Shown piece by piece: positions 55,748-64,000 of a stretch of 64,000 nt of DNA; positions within the stretch are counted from its first letter, which is position 1; each line of letters opens with the position of its first letter. A program made the translations under genes and the position numbers. Below the pieces are notes generated by a model, which made no database searches, had not been told where the DNA came from, and saw nothing but the letters and a program-made list of their open reading frames with translations. The DNA is from Bacteroidales bacterium (GTDB lineage: Bacteria > Bacteroidota > Bacteroidia > Bacteroidales > VadinHA17): assembly GCA_036743455.1 (NCBI GenBank), contig DAINPM010000007.1, positions 3,400-67,399 of the forward strand, read 5' to 3'.

Positions 55748-56773
55748 CTATCTGTAGATTCTTCTTCTGTTGAGTTCTCTTCTGTATTCAGCGGCATATC
55801 TGTTATGTTCAGACAGGGTTTTTGAAAAATAATGATACCCGGAAAAGTCGGATTTCGCTACAAAAAATAAATAATCATGCTTTTCAGCATTCAGTACTGC
55901 TTCAATACTTTCTATTGAAGGACAATTGATCGGACCGGGTGGTAATCCTTTATATTTATAAGTATTATATGGAGATTCAACAAGGAGATGTTTCGACAAA
56001 ACTCTTGACAGAGTAAAATCATTTACTGCAAATTTAATTGTTGGATCAGCCTGTAAAGGGATTCCCCTCTTAAGCCTGTTAATATAAACTCCGGCTATTC
56101 TCGGCTTCTCATCTGCTTTTGTGGCTTCTTCCTCAACAATTGAAGCAAGAACAGATACTTCAAGCGGATCAAGATTTTCATCTTCAGCCAGTTTTAATCG
56201 TTTTTCATTCCAGAAATTCCTGTATTCCCTGAGCATCCTGTTATACAGCCCTCTTGCACTGGTATTCCAGTAGAGTTCATAAGTATCCGGAATAAAAACA
56301 GATATTATTGTTTCAATACTAAAGCCATCATCAACATAGTTTTCTTCATTATTCAGAAAATCAATTATTTCAGTAGAATCGGCTTCAATTCTACCTCCTA
56401 TTTTCCCGGCCAGATCATTAAGAGTTCTTATATTGTTAAAAGTTATATTTACAGGCATCTGCCGGCCTGATCTCAGCAGATTTATCAATTCATTATAGCT
56501 CATTTCTTTTTCAACCAGGTAGCGACCTGATTTTATCAGAGAGGGATATTTTTTCTTTTCAGCAATAAATCGCAGTATTTTTTCATTTTTAACATCAAGA
56601 TTGGCCACAACTGAATCCATCGCTCCTGAATAGTCAGATCCCTCGGGAATATAAATTACACTTGGTTCCTTTCCTGGTCTGACATTCAGTCCAAAAAAGG
56701 ATCTGTACATAACAAAGAATAAAAGCAGGAATGCTGATACAAGTAAAAGATATATAGTTATTTTTCCTTTCAT
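55748..56773 (-). CDS. mltG: Endolytic murein transglycosylase (YceG/MltG family)
   Basis: I prefer the start at 56773 (MKGKITIYLLLVSAFLLLFF, the TM anchor) to the ORF-track start at 56923. LASIVEEEATKADEKPRIAGVYINRL, LQADPT, SPYNTYKYKGLPPGPINCP and the C-terminal HNRYAAEYRR are typical MltG text. Confidence 0.85.
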   Translation of the reverse strand: MKGKITIYLLLVSAFLLLFFVMYRSFFGLNVRPGKEPSVIYIPEGSDYSGAMDSVVANLDVKNEKILRFIAEKKKYPSLIKSGRYLVEKEMSYNELINLLRSGRQMPVNITFNNIRTLNDLAGKIGGRIEADSTEIIDFLNNEENYVDDGFSIETIISVFIPDTYELYWNTSARGLYNRMLREYRNFWNEKRLKLAEDENLDPLEVSVLASIVEEEATKADEKPRIAGVYINRLKRGIPLQADPTIKFAVNDFTLSRVLSKHLLVESPYNTYKYKGLPPGPINCPSIESIEAVLNAEKHDYLFFVAKSDFSGYHYFSKTLSEHNRYAAEYRRELNRRRIYR

Positions 56774-56970
56774 TGTAAAAAAGCGCAGCAAATTTACAGA
56801 TATTGTTTTGTTATGCCAAATTCTGCAAACAGATAATAAAAATTTGCCAGCCAGCATGTTACAAGAGCAAATAATAGTATTGTCACTTCTGTTGTTTTCT
56901 CTTTTATGAATAAAAATCTTCACTTTTATTCATATTTTTACATTTTCTAACTTCAGAAATAATTAATTAA

Positions 56971-57351
56971 ATGCATAATAACATGTCTGTAACAACATTA
57001 TTAATTCTGCTTGTCGTCGGAACGATCACGGGCATAATGGCAGGAATGCTGGGTATTGGCGGAGCTGTTATCATGGTACCTGCTTTGATATACATTTTAG
57101 GTTTTTCTCAACACATGGCACAGGGTACAAGTATGGCTGTCATGCTTCCTCCTATAGGCATAATTGCTGCATATAATTACTGGAAAGCCGGTCAGGTTAA
57201 TATAAAATTCGCTCTTATTCTTGTGGTTACATTCTTAATAGGATCTTATTTTGGTTCTAAATACGCACTTACTCTGCCACAGGCTGTTCTCAAAAAGATT
57301 TTTGCAATACTTTTAATGCTTGTTGCAGCAAAGATGCTCCTGTCAAAATAA
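56971..57351 (+). CDS. Half-size TauE/SafE (DUF81) family anion exporter-like membrane protein
   Basis: 126 aa with 4 TM helices. GMLGIGGAVIMVPALIYILG…AQGTSM is the TauE/SafE repeat signature. Full-length members carry two such repeats. Confidence 0.65.
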   Translation: MHNNMSVTTLLILLVVGTITGIMAGMLGIGGAVIMVPALIYILGFSQHMAQGTSMAVMLPPIGIIAAYNYWKAGQVNIKFALILVVTFLIGSYFGSKYALTLPQAVLKKIFAILLMLVAAKMLLSK

Positions 57352-57445
57352 AATCTGCTTCACGATATTTGTTATTGCTTCAGTTTATTCAATTGACATG
57401 TCACTGTCATTTGTAATACATCTTATCATTCCTGCCATTAACTAT

Positions 57446-57480
57446 AAAAAAAGAGAGGGTGACATATAAGACACCCTCTC
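57446..57480 (-). terminator. Rho-independent terminator of the beta-barrel protein gene
   Basis: Perfect 9-bp GC-rich stem (gagagggtg 57453-61 / caccctctc 57472-80) with a 10-nt loop. In the minus sense it is followed by UUUUUUU (A-run 57446-52). It begins 23 nt after the stop at 57504. Confidence 0.65.
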
Positions 57481-57503
57481 ATGCATAATCATATAACATT
57501 CAC

Positions 57504-58118
57504 TCAGAATAAGATTCCCACACTCAGAGTAAATGAAGGTTGGCGGTCATCAATTGCAAAATTCTGATCGTCAATAGATACAGATTCTCCGAATTTTTTA
57601 CTAAGACTGCCGTTGTATCGTGCATCCACCGTCAGTCTGTTGAAGAGATCAAGGCCAAGACCAGCAGTATAGCCATAAGTAGCACTTCTGTACATTTCTT
57701 TGAAATCAGGATCATCAAGCAGAGCTTTCGGAGTCCCTATGAGAATAGTTGCAGAAGGACCAGCATTAATGTGTAAAGCGCCGAATTTCATACCTGCCAA
57801 TAGAGGTATTTCAAGTCTGTCAAACTGTTGTTTAACAGCTTCTGTAGCATCTATTGTTTCAACATGGTATTCGTATGTATTTGATGCAAAAAGAACTTCC
57901 GGCTGAACAAAAAATGAACCTATTCCTACCCTCAGGAGAGCTCCTGCCTGAAAACCCCAACCTGCATCTTTTACAGCTTCAATATTATTATCTCCGTTTG
58001 AAACATCATAAGTAGGTACAGTTGTAGTTGTTGCCCCCACTTTAAGACCAAACTTTACCTGAGAAAATAAAGGCGCTGTAAATATTACTGCTAAAAGGAA
58101 AACTAATAGTCTTTTCAT
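57504..58118 (-). CDS. Small outer-membrane beta-barrel (porin-family/OmpW-like) protein
   Basis: Signal peptide MKRLLVFLLAVIFTAPLFSQ, alternating amphipathic beta-strand text, and a C-terminal SFTLSVGILF ending in an aromatic residue. Confidence 0.7.
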   Translation of the reverse strand: MKRLLVFLLAVIFTAPLFSQVKFGLKVGATTTTVPTYDVSNGDNNIEAVKDAGWGFQAGALLRVGIGSFFVQPEVLFASNTYEYHVETIDATEAVKQQFDRLEIPLLAGMKFGALHINAGPSATILIGTPKALLDDPDFKEMYRSATYGYTAGLGLDLFNRLTVDARYNGSLSKKFGESVSIDDQNFAIDDRQPSFTLSVGILF

Positions 58119-58455
58119 AATAAATAGTTTTAAAATACACTAAATCAATACATTAAAATCACAGACAATTTAATCACATTGTTTATAACGATTAAACAGG
58201 AAAAAAGTTACATCTTTTGGCTATAAAATATCTGTCTGCAGGTAATTGAAAAATTACTAATCCTCCTCCAGCAGACTAAAGATTACTTCTTTCATCCGGT
58301 CGAATTCCTCTCTTCCCTTCACTGAACATGATTATAGCTAAGCCAAATATTTTCTTCATAGTTTTTATATCTTTAAGATGTTATAAAAATAATTATCTAA
58401 TTTACGTTTTAATAAGTGATCTGTTTAACAGGTCCTTGAAATAAAATGTTCAATA

Positions 58456-60054
58456 ATGGAAAAAAAAATTATTTTCACTCTGCTTATATTACTATCTGCA
58501 GGCCGGATTGGATTAACCCAGGAAGCATTCATTGAAAAAGGACTACAGGCAATAACAACGGATGCCATAAAAGCCCAGCTTGGATTTCTTTCATCAGACT
58601 GGATGGAAGGAAGAGAGGCTGGCAGGAAGGGAGAACTTATTTCATCTGATTATATTGCCAGCCTGCTCCAATTATACGGGGTTAAGCCTGCTGGTGATTA
58701 TCTGAGAGGAAGAGACTTTGAAAACAGTCTGACCGGTACGAGATCGTATTTTCAGAATTTCGTTATCCTGAAAAGCTTACCAGGAGATAAAAATATTCTC
58801 AGGCTTAAAACGACCAATGGACCGGGCCAGATCACCTATGAATTCATTCACAACCTCGATTTTGCAATCAACACATCATTTCATCCCGTTGAAACGGAAG
58901 CACCAGTAATATTTGCAGGATATGGGTTCAGGAACAAAAAAACCAATTATAATGATTTCGGCACAATGGATCTTAAAGGAAAATTTGTACTTAAAATGAG
59001 TGGCTATCCTGACTGGGCAGACAGGCAACTTTCTATGCAGGAGATCAATGAATCAATTATGGATTCTGAAAGGTATATGATAGAAGCCGGTGCACTTGGA
59101 GTTATCGAATTCAATCCATCAGCCAGAGTGATAACACAGGTACAGGATAATGTTCTTTCTGATCCCTCTCCCAATGAACGCCTACCTCAATCTGATATCT
59201 ATAAAGCCAGATATGCATTGCCAGGTTCATCTTTTCCAGGAAAATTTCTGAGGATTAACATATCAGCCCGCGCAGCAGAAGAAGTATTATATGGTACTGG
59301 TATTAATATTCCGGAATATATTGAAAAAGCGGATCCGGACCATCCCTTTTCATTTCCCAAGATCATTCCCAAATCATTATATTTAAAAACTGATGTTAAG
59401 GTAAGCAGTATAAAGGTTAGGAATGTCATAGGAGTAATAGAAGGAAAAAACAATAATGAAATAATTGTGGCGGGGGCACATTACGATCATCTTGGGAAGA
59501 GTAATGGATATATCTGGAATGGAGCTGACGACAACGGATCAGGTACTGTGGGGATTTTGACACTCGCTAAAGCTCTAATGGCAACTGGCCGGAAACCGGA
59601 AAAAACGATTGTTATAGCATTATGGACTGCTGAGGAGGTAGGATTACTGGGCTCCAGGCATTTCGTTCAAAATCCCTCATTCCCTCTTAAAAATATCAAG
59701 CTCAATCTGAATTTTGATATGATATCAAGATATATTTCAGAGAACGAAAAGGAAGGAGTTGTAATGACTTACAACAAATCTCATCCTTATTTCAGAGAAA
59801 TAACTGAAAAGAATCTGAAAGAATATGATATTGATCTGGATGTTGACTACCAACCTTCAGATGATCCTCCGGGAGGAACTGATCACAGATCATTTGTTGA
59901 AGCAGGAATTCCGGTAATGAGATTTAAGCCCGGACACAGGGAAGAATATCACACTCCTTTTGATGAGGCAGGTACTGTTGACTGGGATATTATGGAAAAA
60001 ATTATAAGGATAAGTTTCACCAATTTATGGGATCTGGCAAACAATAAATTCTAA
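58456..60054 (+). CDS. M28-family zinc aminopeptidase with an inserted PA-like domain
   Basis: Signal peptide plus the metal-ligand blocks AGAHYDHLG, GADDNGSGTVGIL, WTAEEVGLLGSRHF, NFDMIS and GGTDHRSF. Confidence 0.85.
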   Translation: MEKKIIFTLLILLSAGRIGLTQEAFIEKGLQAITTDAIKAQLGFLSSDWMEGREAGRKGELISSDYIASLLQLYGVKPAGDYLRGRDFENSLTGTRSYFQNFVILKSLPGDKNILRLKTTNGPGQITYEFIHNLDFAINTSFHPVETEAPVIFAGYGFRNKKTNYNDFGTMDLKGKFVLKMSGYPDWADRQLSMQEINESIMDSERYMIEAGALGVIEFNPSARVITQVQDNVLSDPSPNERLPQSDIYKARYALPGSSFPGKFLRINISARAAEEVLYGTGINIPEYIEKADPDHPFSFPKIIPKSLYLKTDVKVSSIKVRNVIGVIEGKNNNEIIVAGAHYDHLGKSNGYIWNGADDNGSGTVGILTLAKALMATGRKPEKTIVIALWTAEEVGLLGSRHFVQNPSFPLKNIKLNLNFDMISRYISENEKEGVVMTYNKSHPYFREITEKNLKEYDIDLDVDYQPSDDPPGGTDHRSFVEAGIPVMRFKPGHREEYHTPFDEAGTVDWDIMEKIIRISFTNLWDLANNKF

Positions 60055-60062
60055 TTATACAC

Positions 60063-60455
60063 TTATTGATAATCGAGATAACGGCTATTTTCTTTTAATT
60101 CAAGGAAATCATCCTCTGTTTCACGGTAACCATATTCAAAACAATAATGGAATGTTTCACCTCCTGTTGATTCAATTATATGTGTAAAAAAGCTGAAATT
60201 ATAACCCAGGGCAAACAGAGCATCCTTATGGACTCTTGTTTTTCCGTCGTTATACAGATCAGCAAGTATTCTTCTGTTTTTTCTGAGTAATCCGTGAACA
60301 TTTCTAATGTAATTATTTGTATCGCGGTTAAGTCGGTTATTATAATTATTTCTGCACTGATCAGAACAAAATTTCTTATCAGTACGACCACGGATTATTC
60401 TACCGCAATCGAGACATCTTTTTTCCACAGCACTAAAGTTTTGATAAATATACAA
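60063..60455 (-). CDS. Hypothetical zinc-ribbon protein
   Basis: CLDCG…(13 aa)…FCSDQCRNNY gives a CxxC…CxxxC ribbon, followed by a basic helix and a domain of about 70 aa. The TTG start at 60455 is uncertain; a GTG nine codons downstream is possible. Confidence 0.4.
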   Translation of the reverse strand: MYIYQNFSAVEKRCLDCGRIIRGRTDKKFCSDQCRNNYNNRLNRDTNNYIRNVHGLLRKNRRILADLYNDGKTRVHKDALFALGYNFSFFTHIIESTGGETFHYCFEYGYRETEDDFLELKENSRYLDYQ

Positions 60456-60456
60456 A

Positions 60457-60496
60457 AAATCATTTTTAAACGCTTACAAGCGTCTATAAATGATTT
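60457..60496. promoter_or_regulatory. Nested palindrome in the divergent promoter region between the Zn-ribbon gene and ssb
   Basis: The outer arms aaatcattt (60457-65) and aaatgattt (60488-96) are exact reverse complements. An inner palindrome acgctt-ac-aagcgt lies at 60470-60483. Confidence 0.3.
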
Positions 60497-60594
60497 CCGG
60501 AAGAGAGTAAATGATTATATACCGTATCATTTTTAATCATAGGTTTATGTTTGTTGTGTAAATATTATATATGTCTCACTTAAAATCAAAAGTC

Positions 60595-60954
60595 ATGAAC
60601 ACATTAAGAAACAAAGTAATGCTGGTTGGAAATCTTGGTCAGGATCCGGAAATTAAAACTCTTGAGACCGGGAAAAAAGTGGTTAACTTCACACTTGCCA
60701 CAAAAGAGAATTATAAAAACTCAGAAGGTCAAAAGATTAATGAGACCACCTGGCATAATATTGTGGCCTGGAACGGGCTGGCAGAAATTGCTTCCAGATA
60801 TCTTAAAAAAGGTAATGAGGTATTTGTGGAAGGGAAAATAGTGTACAGGACCTATGAAGATAAGAAAGGCACTACCCGTTATGTGACAGATATAGTGCTG
60901 AATGATCTTCTGTTGCTCAGGTCAGGCAGAGTAAGCACAAAAGAAGATGAGTAA
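60595..60954 (+). CDS. ssb: Single-stranded DNA-binding protein (short form, no acidic C-terminal tip)
   Basis: MNTLRNKVMLVGNLGQDPEIKTLETGKKVVNFTLAT… and WHNIVAWNGLAEIA are the OB-fold SSB signature. I prefer the start at 60595. The protein ends …RVSTKEDE with no Gly/Pro-rich linker or DDxPF tip. Confidence 0.9.
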   Translation: MNTLRNKVMLVGNLGQDPEIKTLETGKKVVNFTLATKENYKNSEGQKINETTWHNIVAWNGLAEIASRYLKKGNEVFVEGKIVYRTYEDKKGTTRYVTDIVLNDLLLLRSGRVSTKEDE

Positions 60955-60980
60955 TCCGGTCTGCTGTATCTTCCCGTGTA

Positions 60981-61014
60981 AAAAACAGGCTGTCTTATAA
61001 GACAGCCTGTTTTT
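60981..61014. terminator. Bidirectional rho-independent terminator (perfect 34-bp palindrome)
   Basis: aaaaacaggctgtc-ttataa-gacagcctgttttt forms a 14-bp stem whose A5/T5 ends give a U-tract in either orientation. It sits between the convergent ssb (+) and iorB (-) genes and abuts the iorB stop codon. Confidence 0.7.
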
Positions 61015-61595
61015 TATATTTTTGTGATTGCAAAATCACGTCCGGACTTAAGAGCGTTAAGATTCATTTTTACAATATCTTCACCTTTTCTGCCAAACAG
61101 TTTACGTAAACCGTTTTCAAGGCTTTCATAAGGCATATCAATAAAAGGGGATGCTGCACCCAGAACGACAATATTTTCTGTTCTTGGAGAACCGGCTTCT
61201 CTGGCTAAATGACCGGCATCAATAATGATACTGTTACTTATGCTGTTAATTTCTTCATAAATACTGTCTACAGAAGGATAATCAGTTATATTGATAAAAG
61301 GTTCTGAGTTTGTAATAATCCATCCATTCGGAGACAACCATGGCAGATATCTGAGTGCTTCCATCGGTTCTACGGAAATTATAAGATCAGCTTTCCCCAA
61401 AGGAATAAGATCTGAATCAACAGGTTTTCCGGAAATTCTCAGGTGCGACTGTACATCTCCGCCCCTTTGACTCATTCCATGTACTTCAGATTGTTTCAGA
61501 TAGAAGTGGTTTTCAACAGCTGCTAGTCCAATAACTGCAGCAATGGATAAAATACCCTGTCCTCCCACTCCTGATAATATGATATCGTTCTTCAT
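61014..61595 (-). CDS. iorB: Indolepyruvate:ferredoxin oxidoreductase subunit beta
   Basis: 193 aa. ILSGVGGQGILSIAAVIG… is the 2-oxoacid oxidoreductase gamma-type domain. It lies downstream of iorA on the same strand. Confidence 0.85.
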   Translation of the reverse strand: MKNDIILSGVGGQGILSIAAVIGLAAVENHFYLKQSEVHGMSQRGGDVQSHLRISGKPVDSDLIPLGKADLIISVEPMEALRYLPWLSPNGWIITNSEPFINITDYPSVDSIYEEINSISNSIIIDAGHLAREAGSPRTENIVVLGAASPFIDMPYESLENGLRKLFGRKGEDIVKMNLNALKSGRDFAITKI

Positions 61596-61708
61596 TATTA
61601 TTGTTGATTTATTTTATTACTCAGTTTAATAATTCACATTATTTGGAAAGTATCATTTTTATTAAAACTGTTATTTACAAACGACCGATCTGTTTTTCCA
61701 TATATTCA

Positions 61709-63322
61709 TTAATGACCCTTATGCATGCTTTTTTTCCTTCTGGAAGCAGTCTGGATACATTCTCTTGATGATATTATTACAGACACTCCTCTGTATGCCA
61801 GTTCCTCTTTCATTACAGCAACATTGACCTCATGGTTTTTTCTCAGAGGCACTATATTTCTTATATGTTTAGGATCAACACCTATACCGGCACATATATT
61901 TTGCAGTCTGCCTGTGGCTTGTGAATCCTGACCGCCGGTCATACCTGTTGTCATATTGTCGGATATTATTATTGTAACCGGGGAGTTTTTACTGACAGCA
62001 TCAAGTAATCCTGTCATTCCGGAATGAGTAAAAGTAGAATCTCCTATTACTGCGACAGACGGGAAGAGACCGGCATCGGCAGCTCCGACAGCCATTGTGA
62101 CCGAGGCCCCCATGTCGACACATGAATTAATGGCATTATAGGGAGGCAGAGCTCCGAGAGTATAACATCCTATATCGGAAAAAACCTTTCCGGGTCCGTA
62201 TTGCTTAACTGCCTCGATCAGTGCAATAAAGGTATCAATATGTCCACAACCTTTACAAAAAACAGGAGGTCTCTTCTTTACCACCCCGGGAATATCTCTG
62301 ATATCAGGCAGTGGTATGCCCAGGGCCTTTGCCACTATAGTAGGGTTTAATTCTCCTTCGCGTGGTATTGTTCCATCCATTCGACCATATATCTTAATGC
62401 CATTATCCAGTATCCCGCGCAGTTTATCCTCAATCAGGGGATAACCCTCTTCAAGAATGAGGATTTCTTTGCAACGATCAGTTATTTCCCTTATAAGATC
62501 ATTGGGGAAAGGATATGCAGATATTTTAAGTACCGGATATTTTAATGATCTGTCATTAATATTTTCCATTAGATAATTATATGCTATCCCGCAGGTTATT
62601 ATTCCAAGATCTCTTTTTCTGTCATCTCTGAAAGAATTATATTTCGATATTCTGACATCAAGTCTGACAGTTTCATAGGAAGACAAAAGTGTTTTGTATT
62701 TTTTTCTTGCAACAGCAGGGAGCAGGACAAACTGCAGGGGGTCATCCGGCAATTTCATTTTCTTTTGGGGCTCTGCCTCGGCCTTCATATCCACTCCTGC
62801 TCTTGAATGTGCCAGTCGTGTAGTTATTCTCAACATTACCGGAATACGGTATTTTTCTGACAGTTCAAAAGCATCTGATACCATATCATAGGCTTCCTGC
62901 TGACTGGCAGGTTCGAAACAGGGAACAAATGCAAAATGGGAATAAAACCTTGAATCCTGTTCATTCTGTGAAGAATGCATTGACGGATCATCGGCTGACA
63001 CTACTATTAATCCTCCATTTACTCCGGTAATAGCTGAATTAATAAAACTATCTGCAGCCACATTAAGTCCCACATGTTTCATTGCCACCATAGCTCTCTT
63101 TCCTGTATATGACATTCCGAGAGCCGCCTCCATAGCCGTTTTTTCATTTGTCGACCATTCCCTGTGAATATTCCGTTCCTGTGCCACAGGTGATATTCGG
63201 ACATATTCCATTATCTCAGTAGAAGGAGTACCTGGATAAGCATACATGCCGCTTAAACCTGCATCAATTGCTGCCTGAGCTATTGCCTCATCACCCAATA
63301 ATAGTTTTCTTTTCTTCTTCAT
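61709..63322 (-). CDS. iorA: Indolepyruvate:ferredoxin oxidoreductase subunit alpha (TPP-dependent)
   Basis: 537 aa. LLLGDEAIAQAAIDAGLSGMYAYPGTPSTEI, FCKGCGH, and the TPP-binding text GDSTFTHSGMTGLLDAV. Confidence 0.85.
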   Translation of the reverse strand: MKKKRKLLLGDEAIAQAAIDAGLSGMYAYPGTPSTEIMEYVRISPVAQERNIHREWSTNEKTAMEAALGMSYTGKRAMVAMKHVGLNVAADSFINSAITGVNGGLIVVSADDPSMHSSQNEQDSRFYSHFAFVPCFEPASQQEAYDMVSDAFELSEKYRIPVMLRITTRLAHSRAGVDMKAEAEPQKKMKLPDDPLQFVLLPAVARKKYKTLLSSYETVRLDVRISKYNSFRDDRKRDLGIITCGIAYNYLMENINDRSLKYPVLKISAYPFPNDLIREITDRCKEILILEEGYPLIEDKLRGILDNGIKIYGRMDGTIPREGELNPTIVAKALGIPLPDIRDIPGVVKKRPPVFCKGCGHIDTFIALIEAVKQYGPGKVFSDIGCYTLGALPPYNAINSCVDMGASVTMAVGAADAGLFPSVAVIGDSTFTHSGMTGLLDAVSKNSPVTIIISDNMTTGMTGGQDSQATGRLQNICAGIGVDPKHIRNIVPLRKNHEVNVAVMKEELAYRGVSVIISSRECIQTASRRKKSMHKGH

Positions 63323-63448
63323 TCCTTATCTGTTTTAAGCCTTTTAATTTATTAAAATTTACATAAATTATTTAGTCTTGTGCTCTTTTATGTTTATTTT
63401 GCAGACTTGAAGGGAACAAATTACGTTATAAAAATGTAAAGGTCACTA

Positions 63449-64000
63449 TTGAGCAGATACTTTTATACCGTTGCCGTGTGCATCATCTGTTTAGTTTCAG
63501 CCAAAGCTCAGGATGTAGAACCTCAAAAAGCTGAGAAATTTGTACAGGTGAGCGGAATAATAACCGATGAGCTATTCAGACCGGTACAGGGCGTAGCTGT
63601 TGTTTCGAAAAAGCTTAGAAGGGGTATTATAAGTGAAGAATCGGGTATCTATTCCATAACAAGCATTCCGGGTGACACTATTTATTTCAGGGCCCTGGGA
63701 TATAAAAGATACCACACAATCATTCCTCCTTCATACAACAGCAAACATTGCATGGTTGATATCATTCTGGAAGCAGATACCATTCCTATCGAAGAAGTAA
63801 CCATACTTCCATGGAAAACATACGGAGAATTCATAAGGGACATGACGAAAGAACAACCCGTTGATCCTCTTGAAGAAAATATGAATGAGAATCTGGCATC
63901 TATTTATGTGGCAATCACCAGTGATGCCAATATAAGTGTTACACCTGAAGCAGGTTTCAGATACTCCCAGGAACAACATTTTTCATCAATGGCCACACGT
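63449..64000 (+). CDS. Carboxypeptidase-regulatory-like (CarboxypepD_reg) domain protein, N-terminal part; the 3' end lies outside the window
   Basis: This ORF is not in the supplied track because it runs off the end. It is open from the stop at 63437-63439, with a TTG at 63449. The text is a signal-like SRYFYTVAVCIICLVSAKAQ, then VSGIITDELFRPVQGVAVVSKKLRRGIISEESGIYSITSIPGDTIYFRALGYK. Confidence 0.55.
   Translation, partial: MSRYFYTVAVCIICLVSAKAQDVEPQKAEKFVQVSGIITDELFRPVQGVAVVSKKLRRGIISEESGIYSITSIPGDTIYFRALGYKRYHTIIPPSYNSKHCMVDIILEADTIPIEEVTILPWKTYGEFIRDMTKEQPVDPLEENMNENLASIYVAITSDANISVTPEAGFRYSQEQHFSSMATR

Noticed and set aside
58276-58359. 27-codon minus-strand ORF (MKKIFGLAIIMFSEGKRGIRPDERSNL) in the 337-bp gap upstream of the M28 peptidase. 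It looks like a signal-peptide start.
   Set aside because: It stops after 27 codons and no frame continues as coding text. It may be a relic of a secreted-protein gene or a chance ORF. There is no evidence for a functional small protein.
1-64000. I looked for CRISPR arrays, rRNA or tRNA genes, reverse transcriptases (retron/DGR), restriction-modification or other defence gene clusters, and intact transposases or prophage genes.
   Set aside because: I could find no regularly spaced repeats of 25-40 nt, no cloverleaf-compatible sequences, and no ORF with RT, Cas, methyltransferase, helicase-nuclease or phage structural signatures. The only defence- or mobility-related material is the decayed set at 5.1-7.2 kb.

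Overview
This 64-kb segment reads as ordinary chromosome from a low-GC Bacteroidota genome (Bacteroidales/Marinilabiliales-like). Supporting signs are a T9SS C-terminal sorting domain, several TAnnTTTG-type -7 promoter boxes, few Shine-Dalgarno sequences, and Bacteroidota-typical families. I support about 50 protein genes and found no rRNA, tRNA or CRISPR array by eye.

Gene content, left to right:
- 1-4959: an RND efflux operon (TolC-like 3' end, adaptor, permease) followed by a small P-II-like protein.
- About 4960-8540: a decayed mobile/accessory patch. It holds an IS110-type transposase fragment, an enterobacterial-type hemG, a tyrosine-recombinase fragment, and a truncated AbiEii-like toxin with an intact XRE/HigA-like antitoxin and a palindromic operator. 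It also has a 600-bp gene-free stretch with repeats and hairpins.
- Envelope and sugar genes: GT2, a serine hydrolase, a SIS-only isomerase and a GluP-type MFS transporter.
- A three-gene biotin-dependent acyl-CoA carboxylase, then pepD.
- Two separate PiT/DUF47 phosphate-transport modules, one with a long soluble C-terminal extension.
- nnr, a POT peptide transporter, and a thrA-thrC-thrH operon with no classical homoserine kinase.
- A periplasmic redox neighbourhood: a DoxX fusion with an internal Tat-like motif, a Tat-signal aldo/keto reductase with two Fe-S motifs, and an MBL hydrolase.
- A 1250-aa T9SS gingipain-like C25 peptidase, and a Tat-signal Gfo/Idh/MocA + DUF1080 pair.
- A DnaQ-exonuclease/GIY-YIG (Cho-like) fusion, ggt, murB, mltG, an M28 peptidase, ssb and iorAB.

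I do not see a clear-cut new defence or mobile system. The best candidates for a second look are:
1. A ~136-nt rod-like structured RNA candidate on the minus strand at 47044-47179.
2. The DoxX/Tat-motif/TIM-barrel-like fusion and its Fe-S aldo/keto reductase neighbour.
3. The repeat- and hairpin-rich non-coding stretch at 7346-7600 inside the decayed island.
4. thrH replacing the homoserine kinase in the thr operon.

All calls rest on reading the translated ORFs and the raw sequence. No database search was possible.
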